In this document: positions 6,756-12,699 of the stretch, piece after piece | Layout of the letters: each line of letters starts with the position of its first letter | How positions within the stretch are numbered: the stretch's first letter is position 1 | Source: an uncultured archaeon | GTDB lineage: Archaea; Asgardarchaeota; Thorarchaeia; Thorarchaeales; CAZPUN01 | Direction: 5' to 3' | NCBI GenBank assembly: GCA_964589775.1 | Contig: CAZPUN010000029.1 | Location: forward strand, 1 to 12,699 | Length of the DNA stretch: 12,699 nucleotides | Program-made: the position numbers and the translations under genes | Notes under the pieces: model-generated | What the model saw: only the letters and a program-made list of their open reading frames with translations | What the model was told of the DNA's origin: nothing | The model's database searches: none

Positions 6756-7988
6756 TTAGTCATAGCGTGCTAGGAAGAATTCCTTTGCATGTTTTCCTAT
6801 TACTTCTTCTATGAATTTACTTTCTTCCATTATTCGTTTTGTTTCCTTCAAATCTTTCGGTAATCGTTTGATGTTTAGTTTCTTTAATTCGGAATCGCAG
6901 AGTTTATCCAAATCAAGATTTACATTGTCCGGGCATTCGAGTTTCTTCTCAATTCCGTCGATTCCAGAGGCGATGATCATCGCTTCTAGTAGATGTACTG
7001 AACCTGATGCGTCTCCCGCTCGAAATTCCACACGTGTCTTTTCTTCTTCTCCTTTAGCTATGTATGGTACACGAATAAGTGCACTGCGGTTCATATAATC
7101 CCAGATTGCGTAAACTGGGGCTTCATATCCGGGCTTTAATCGTTCAAAGGATTGATCAGACTGCGCAAAAACTGCGGTAATCTCATGTGCATGTGTAATC
7201 AAACCTGCGATGAAGTGTTTCGCAATTTCGGAAAGCCCATCTGGTGAGGCAAAGGCATTCTTACCTTTCAAATCCTTTAGTAATATATGCTGGTGAAGTC
7301 CATTTCCAGCTCTTTCAGGAATTGGCTTTGGCATGAAATCTGCAATATATGATTCCTGATACGCTCTTAATTTTGTAATCCATATGCCTGTAATTGTATC
7401 ATCTGCATTTTTCATTGCGTCTGTAATTTGAAGTTCAACTTCATTTTGCCCAGGTCCAACTTCATGGTGTATTCTTTTTACTTTTAATGAAGCCTTTGTC
7501 ATAATATCCGCTAAATCTCTTCTGAACGTAAGAGCTTTATCGTATGGTGGAACTGAAAGATAACCCCCTTCATCTATCGGGTTCCCTTTGTTGTTGAAAA
7601 GATAAAATTCAAGTTCGGACATGACTTGAGGTTGAAATCCTAACGAATTAGCTTTCTCTATTACTTTTCTTAGAATTCCCCTTGGGTCTCCTGGATGTGG
7701 CTCACCCTTTGCGTTAAGAATATGACACATGATTCGATTATATTTAGTATCAATTGTGAAACTTGCAAAAGTCTCTGGTTCCGGAATTAAGGCAATGTCA
7801 CTTTCATTTATGATTGCATAACCCGGAACGGAAGACCCATCAACAGAAAGTCCGCCATTTAATATGGATTCCAAAAGATCGCTGGATTCTTCCATAGACC
7901 TTAAGTTTCCATGTAAATCTACAAAGTGAAACTGGATATATTTTAGATTTTGCTCTTTTACGTATTTCAGCAAATCTTCTTTATTCAT
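6756..7988 (-). CDS. glnA: Glutamine synthetase, type I family
   Basis: FVDLHG, DGSS.PG..INESD, ELEFYLF, HHEVGPGQNE, FMPKP...AGNGLHQH, RLKPGYEAP, NRSALIRVP and RVEFR motifs. GGAGG RBS upstream. Confidence 0.9.
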   Translation of the reverse strand: MNKEDLLKYVKEQNLKYIQFHFVDLHGNLRSMEESSDLLESILNGGLSVDGSSVPGYAIINESDIALIPEPETFASFTIDTKYNRIMCHILNAKGEPHPGDPRGILRKVIEKANSLGFQPQVMSELEFYLFNNKGNPIDEGGYLSVPPYDKALTFRRDLADIMTKASLKVKRIHHEVGPGQNEVELQITDAMKNADDTITGIWITKLRAYQESYIADFMPKPIPERAGNGLHQHILLKDLKGKNAFASPDGLSEIAKHFIAGLITHAHEITAVFAQSDQSFERLKPGYEAPVYAIWDYMNRSALIRVPYIAKGEEEKTRVEFRAGDASGSVHLLEAMIIASGIDGIEKKLECPDNVNLDLDKLCDSELKKLNIKRLPKDLKETKRIMEESKFIEEVIGKHAKEFFLARYD

Positions 7989-8163
7989 TGTGTTATCCTC
8001 CGACTGAATTTGAGCATAACAAACTAGGAAATAAATCCTTCGATTCGATTCATTTTTTTCAAAATTTTACAGATTCCTATGATTAAAAATTTTAACAGAA
8101 AACTAATTTTCAATATAAGGCGTGTGAAAAAAATTCCTATGTCAATTAACAATGCTTAATAAT

Positions 8164-8190
8164 AAGTTTAAACTTCTATAATTTATAGAA
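8164..8190. promoter_or_regulatory. Overlapping palindromes over the TATA region upstream of the antiporter; candidate operator
   Basis: AAGTTTAAACTT (8164-8175) and TTCTATAA-T-TTATAGAA (8174-8190) are both perfect inverted repeats, 34-60 bp upstream of the GTG at 8224. Confidence 0.45.
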
Positions 8191-8223
8191 TCGATTGAAG
8201 CGAAAAAAAGTTGAGGTATAAAA

Positions 8224-9447
8224 GTGTCATCAGATCTTCTAGTAATTTCCATCATTATATTGTTTTCGGCATTGATCCCAGTATTTTTAAAAAGATTGAA
8301 ATTGCCTATTGTTTTTCTTGAAATAGTAATTGGCATATTTTTAGGGCAAACGATATTCAAACATTTTCCTTTAAGTGAATCTGTGTTATTCATTGGCGAA
8401 ATGGGTTTCCTATTCTTGTTATTTCTTGGTGGTTTAGAAATTGAAGTGGACTTCATAAAAAAGAGGATTCATCATATTCTTATATTAGCGATTATAGCAT
8501 ATACGGTTCCTCTAATTGTAGGCTTTATCATTGGATTCGTGCTATATGATGTGTGGGTTGGCTTATTTATCGGAACTGCATTTTCGGCGAGTAGCATTGG
8601 TGTTGCAATTCCTGTTTTCAAATCTCGCGGGTTGCTTCATAAAGAAATCGGAAAAGTCGCAATAAACGCTGCAGTTCTTAATGACATTGCTACAATTTTA
8701 ACTCTTGCAATCTTAATTGAGTTAAGGCAGGGGATCGGTCAAAATATTCTATTAGTCTTATTCAAAGTTGTTATGACTCTAATAGTGATCATTGTCGCAT
8801 TATACATAACACATACTAAGGCACGCGGTGTATTGGAAGCACCACTCACTCCCACAATTACTGAAGGTCGTGTAAGGCTTGCTCTTTCGATTCTCGCAGC
8901 ATTTGTAGCCTTATGTATTTTTACTGGTGTAGATCCATTAGTGGGTGCATTCTTTGCGGGAATAATTGTTGCAGAAACAACACAGATGGGTTCTCAAATA
9001 AGAGATAAATTATCGGCACTTGGATTTGCATTTCTTATTCCTGTATTCTTTGTAACTCTTGGGGCCCAAATGGAATTTGTAACAATCTTCACGGTGTTCA
9101 ATGAACTTGTACTCTTCATAGGAATCATTACGGCAGCGATTCTAAGCGAATTTTTGAGCGTGTATGGTACATGTCGATTATTGCATTATGGCAAAGGCAG
9201 CTCAAAATTAATCTCAATGTCCATGTCTGCACGACTCAGCATCGGATTAGCTGTTGCAGAAGTAGGAATCCTTCTTGGAATTTTCAATACCTTTGTCTTC
9301 TCAACGATACTGCTTATGACTGTAATTACTACTATCATAGTTCCACTAACAACGCAAATCATACATGGTGAATTCGAATTTGAAGATAGTAATATTCTTC
9401 AGGAAGGAACAATGTTTCATACACACGAAGTAAAGAAAAAGAAATGA
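8224..9447 (+). CDS. Cation:proton antiporter, CPA2 family (NapA/Kef-like membrane domain, no KTN domain)
   Basis: GFLFLLFLGGLE, SASSIGV, AAVLNDI, GAFFAG, PVFFVTLG and MSARL motifs, with about 12-13 TM segments. GAGGT RBS before GTG 8224. Confidence 0.92.
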   Translation: MSSDLLVISIIILFSALIPVFLKRLKLPIVFLEIVIGIFLGQTIFKHFPLSESVLFIGEMGFLFLLFLGGLEIEVDFIKKRIHHILILAIIAYTVPLIVGFIIGFVLYDVWVGLFIGTAFSASSIGVAIPVFKSRGLLHKEIGKVAINAAVLNDIATILTLAILIELRQGIGQNILLVLFKVVMTLIVIIVALYITHTKARGVLEAPLTPTITEGRVRLALSILAAFVALCIFTGVDPLVGAFFAGIIVAETTQMGSQIRDKLSALGFAFLIPVFFVTLGAQMEFVTIFTVFNELVLFIGIITAAILSEFLSVYGTCRLLHYGKGSSKLISMSMSARLSIGLAVAEVGILLGIFNTFVFSTILLMTVITTIIVPLTTQIIHGEFEFEDSNILQEGTMFHTHEVKKKK

Positions 9448-9459
9448 AGTAGTATGACT

Positions 9460-9864
9460 TTACTTCTCTTTTATTTTTAAAGCGTTAGTAGGACAATATT
9501 TCACGCAAATTGGATCGCCACCACAAAGATCACAAACAATTATTCGGTCTACGGTATCTACAAGCCAAATCGCATTGTAAGAGCAAGCTTCCACACATTC
9601 TCCGCACAAAACACATGTTTCATAATCGACTTCTAGATGTCCATCAATAAATTGTAATGACTCCGTAGGGCATGCTTCAACACATGGTAAATCATCACAT
9701 TGTCTGCACATGTGCGGTGTAAATGTTCCTTCTTTCCAATTTCGTTCAATATGTATTCTTGAAAGCGTAGGGGAGAAGACGTTTTCATGAGCAAGCGAGC
9801 ATCTTAGTTCACAAATTCCGCATCCTGTGCATAGTCCTGCTTCAATTGTAATATATTCTACCAT
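9460..9864 (-). CDS. 4x[4Fe-4S] ferredoxin-like electron-transfer subunit (DmsB/AorA-like)
   Basis: 16 Cys in four groups: CTGCGICELRC, CRQCDDLPCVEACP, CVLCGECVEAC and CDLCGGDPICVKYCP. Its ATG directly follows the AOR stop with no gap. Confidence 0.95.
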   Translation of the reverse strand: MVEYITIEAGLCTGCGICELRCSLAHENVFSPTLSRIHIERNWKEGTFTPHMCRQCDDLPCVEACPTESLQFIDGHLEVDYETCVLCGECVEACSYNAIWLVDTVDRIIVCDLCGGDPICVKYCPTNALKIKEK

Positions 9865-11748
9865 TTATTTCACCAACCCGTATTTTTCAGCATCTTTCAA
9901 GAGTCCAAGTGCTTCAAGTCGTTCCCGATATGGTTTTCCGGTTTCGAAATCTAGTCCTCTTATTTTGTAAAATTCAGGAAGCATTTTGTCAATCTCTACA
10001 ACTTGACCCGCAGCAGCCCCGGTCTTAAATGGTTCTTTTAAGTATCGTTCAGGTAAATTATCGTCTCTTGCGTTTTGGCCTTCCCTTAGGTTGAACAAGC
10101 GCTCTATCATCACGATACGTTCTCCTGCTTGAAGGACAGTCTCTCCACTAAATTGTATTCCGGTCGCTGTAGTCAATAGAGTAGCAAGGTCCTTTTCTTT
10201 TACTGCATACGCCGAGAAACATGTATATTTGCACATTTCGGCGGAATCAACTGCAGCTCCGAGATTTTCATGCCAGAATACAAGTTTCGCTTTTCCTCGC
10301 CATTCATAGGGATCAGTTGTCTCCGGAGAGCCAAACCATTCTTCGCCTATCTCGGGTTCATATCCGAGGAGTTCAAAATTCGGAAGAGCTCTTAAGTGAT
10401 CCGCACCTCTTGTTGAGACTGCCCAACCGAGACCAAATCCCTTTGCAGCTCTAACATCATAAGCAGGAGGTTCAAGACCCTTTACATGTAATGCATAGGG
10501 TTTGGTTTCATCTCCTAATATCTCCGAAGCAACACGAACACCATTTGCAAGTATATCTCCAAATCCTTTTCTGAAGGCGATTTTGGTGATCAATTCTAGC
10601 CATGCATCAATATTGCCAAATTTGAGCTCAAGGCCATCAGTTTTCTCTTTGCTTATTAATCCGCGTTCATATACTTCCATGGAAAAGGCAATTGTGTCTC
10701 CTAAGGAGATTGTATCCATACCATATTCATTTGCTAAATTGTTTGCATATATGATGGCTTCTGGATCATTTATTCCGCATTTGGTTCCCAGACATATGAA
10801 GCTTTCGTACTCTGGACCACCTGCGGATTTTAACATGAACCGTCCATTCGGTACATATGCAAATTTTCCACATGAAATTGGGCATGCAGCACATCCCATC
10901 GAGCCGAAATAATAATGCGTTGAAACATATTTTGAAGATAGACGTGTCATATCTATTTCGCACGTCTGGCTGTTGTTTACAGCTAAGCCTCCGCTCTCGT
11001 ATGCTAAATCATTTAAAAATGGCGTTCCGCAATTGGATAATGAAGGAAATGCTCTATCATGAAAGATTCGATCTAATATTTCATCTATTTTCAATAGGAA
11101 TTTGTCAACATCTGAAATCTTAACCGCACCTGTACCCTTTACTGAAATGGCTTTCAAGTTCTTAGAGCCCATTACTGCACCCATTCCGGTTCTTGCTGCC
11201 GCACGATGAATATCATTCATAATGGCCGCAAAATAAACTCGATTCTCTCCAGCAGGCCCAATATACATGAATTCAGCATCTTTGTCTATTTCATATAGTG
11301 CATCATGTGTTTCGTTTGTCTTAAGTCCCCAAAGGTGTGATGCGTCCTTTATCTGAACCGATTTATCATTTATTTCAAGATATACGGGCTTTTCACTCCG
11401 TCCAGTAATTATCAGTGTATCAAAACCAGCGAATTTCATTTCCATTCCAAAATGTCCACCTGTATTCGCATCACCCAACGCCCTTGTTGCAGGGGATTTT
11501 GCGGATATTGTTAATCGTCCAGATGATGGTGCCACAGTTCCTGCTAATGGTCCAACACTTATGACTAATATATTCTCAGGACTAAATGGGTCTATTCCTT
11601 TTGGAACATAATCATACAAAATTCTACTATTAAAGCCACGCCCCCCAATATATAGTTTTGCCATTTCATAGGGTGTTTCTTGGATCGTAACCTTCTTCTT
11701 TGATAGATCAATTATTGCTTGATGTCCTGCATATCCATTCATTTTCAT
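9865..11748 (-). CDS. aor: Tungsten-dependent aldehyde:ferredoxin oxidoreductase family protein
   Basis: YIGGRG, KSPAT, RTGMGAVMGSKNLKAI, CAACPISC, GPEYE, GMDTISLG, TRGADHL, EMCKY and ERLFNLREG...DDNLPER motifs (627 aa). Confidence 0.95.
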   Translation of the reverse strand: MKMNGYAGHQAIIDLSKKKVTIQETPYEMAKLYIGGRGFNSRILYDYVPKGIDPFSPENILVISVGPLAGTVAPSSGRLTISAKSPATRALGDANTGGHFGMEMKFAGFDTLIITGRSEKPVYLEINDKSVQIKDASHLWGLKTNETHDALYEIDKDAEFMYIGPAGENRVYFAAIMNDIHRAAARTGMGAVMGSKNLKAISVKGTGAVKISDVDKFLLKIDEILDRIFHDRAFPSLSNCGTPFLNDLAYESGGLAVNNSQTCEIDMTRLSSKYVSTHYYFGSMGCAACPISCGKFAYVPNGRFMLKSAGGPEYESFICLGTKCGINDPEAIIYANNLANEYGMDTISLGDTIAFSMEVYERGLISKEKTDGLELKFGNIDAWLELITKIAFRKGFGDILANGVRVASEILGDETKPYALHVKGLEPPAYDVRAAKGFGLGWAVSTRGADHLRALPNFELLGYEPEIGEEWFGSPETTDPYEWRGKAKLVFWHENLGAAVDSAEMCKYTCFSAYAVKEKDLATLLTTATGIQFSGETVLQAGERIVMIERLFNLREGQNARDDNLPERYLKEPFKTGAAAGQVVEIDKMLPEFYKIRGLDFETGKPYRERLEALGLLKDAEKYGLVK

Positions 11749-11969
11749 TTTAATACACTCAATTTAAAATGTTGATATATTCTTAATAATTTATAAAAAA
11801 TAGTATATAAGTTATAGTATCGGTTAATGAATTCTAATTTTTGAATTATTCGTTCGAAAATTTTGAAATCCCGAAGTCTATTATGTTTTATTAAAATGAT
11901 TTCCTTCCAAAAATAATAAAAAGATGATATACTTTAATGATTACATAGCGAATTCTGGATTGTTCAAAA

Positions 11970-12509
11970 ATGAATATTGCAAAAGTAGTTATTACTGGTC
12001 CAGGTGCCGTGGGAAAAACTGCAACATGTATTATGTATACTTCCAGGAATATCTTAAAAGCTAAAAATCTTCCACTCACAATAGGATTTAACTTTTTTAT
12101 CAAGAGTTTAGAAAAAGAAAACATAACGTTGCAAATCTGGGATTTAGCTGGTCAAGCAAGATTCGGATTAATACGAACACCCCTTTATAGTGATAGCTTT
12201 GCAATTATTGTCATGATCGATATGTCGAATAAACATTCATTCGAATACACTCAGGTATTATTGAAAGAGGAACTGTTTCCATTTCTTAAAAAGAATAAAG
12301 TACCCTGTATCTTTCTCGTAGGAAACAAGATCGATTTGCCCAATGAGATTGATGACACTCATTTGGAAAAATTATCCCTTATGATTAAAGAACAAACAAA
12401 TATTCCAGTTGCACTCTATAAAATGTGTGCATTTAATCAATCACAAGTAGACAATTTATTTAGTGATGTAGTTAATTGTATCATTCAAAATAAAATATCA
12501 GTGAATTGA
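11970..12509 (+). CDS. Small GTPase, Rab/Ras-like
   Basis: G1 GPGAVGKT, G2 PLTIGFNF, G3 LQIWDLAGQARF, G4 LVGNKID and a variant G5 KMCAF (179 aa). Confidence 0.93.
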   Translation: MNIAKVVITGPGAVGKTATCIMYTSRNILKAKNLPLTIGFNFFIKSLEKENITLQIWDLAGQARFGLIRTPLYSDSFAIIVMIDMSNKHSFEYTQVLLKEELFPFLKKNKVPCIFLVGNKIDLPNEIDDTHLEKLSLMIKEQTNIPVALYKMCAFNQSQVDNLFSDVVNCIIQNKISVN

Positions 12510-12510
12510 T

Positions 12511-12699
12511 ATGCAAGATATGGATATTCGTACGGTTTTAACTATAATTTCTGTCGTAATAACTCTAGTCGGTATGTTTATTGCATGGATGTTTGAAATT
12601 AGAAAAAACCGGTATACAAAAGCTGTTGATGCAACAGGAAATAAGCTTTTGCCCTTTTATAGTGCTATTCTTGAATTAATTGTAAAATATAATCTATTT
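12511..12699 (+). CDS. N-terminally membrane-anchored hypothetical protein, partial (runs off window end); not in the supplied ORF track
   Basis: ATG 12511 (or 12520), 1 nt after the GTPase stop. Reads MQDMDIRTVLTIISVVITLVGMFIAWMFEIRKNRYTKAVDATGNKLLPFYSAILELIVKYNLF..., open to the window end. One TM helix followed by RKNR. Confidence 0.8.
   Translation, partial: MQDMDIRTVLTIISVVITLVGMFIAWMFEIRKNRYTKAVDATGNKLLPFYSAILELIVKYNLF

Noticed and set aside
8026-8039. Canonical NrpR operator upstream of glnA
   Set aside because: The site reads AGGA-N6-TCCT, not GGAA-N6-TTCC. It is kept only as an unassigned palindrome.
6811-9371. ORFs 6811-7098 (+), 8142-8456 (-) and 9171-9371 (+)
   Set aside because: Antisense or out-of-frame shadows within glnA and the antiporter.
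6756-11748. glnA plus aor as a gamma-glutamylation pathway for amine catabolism
   Set aside because: The genes are separated by an oppositely oriented antiporter, no amine oxidase or gamma-glutamyl hydrolase is present, and the GS retains ammonia-site residues.
10221-12124. ORFs 10221-10454, 10502-10912, 10766-10963, 10857-11123 and 11891-12124
   Set aside because: They overlap aor or the GTPase in other frames or on the other strand, with no independent evidence. The Cys clusters look incidental.
1-12699. Selenocysteine or stop-codon readthrough, CRISPR arrays, tRNA/rRNA, IS elements
   Set aside because: The redox proteins use ordinary Cys codons and the TGA stops fall at natural protein ends. 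No regularly spaced repeats, cloverleaf structures or transposase motifs were seen by eye.

Overview
AT-rich archaeal window, most consistent with an Asgard-type archaeon. This is an inference from GGTGA/GGAG ribosome-binding sites, an archaeal VapB/CcdA-like antitoxin, a tungsten aldehyde:ferredoxin oxidoreductase and a Rab-like small GTPase. Gene order: partial secreted protein (-, runs off the 5' end), orphan RHH antitoxin, TrmO/TsaA, BCP/PrxQ peroxiredoxin, MFS sugar transporter, ~35-aa HEAT/PC-like repeat protein, 98-aa amphipathic helical protein, ECF S-component fused to an extracellular domain, small 2-TM protein, glutamine synthetase lacking its C-terminal thong, CPA2 cation:proton antiporter, 4x[4Fe-4S] protein plus AOR, then a Rab-like GTPase followed 1 nt later by a membrane-anchored ORF that runs off the 3' end. 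No rRNA, tRNA, CRISPR array or transposase was seen. The best leads are the GTPase/membrane-anchor pair, the PC-like repeat solenoid, the S-component-ectodomain fusion and the 11-mer amphipathic protein. All family assignments come from reading motifs by eye, not from database searches.
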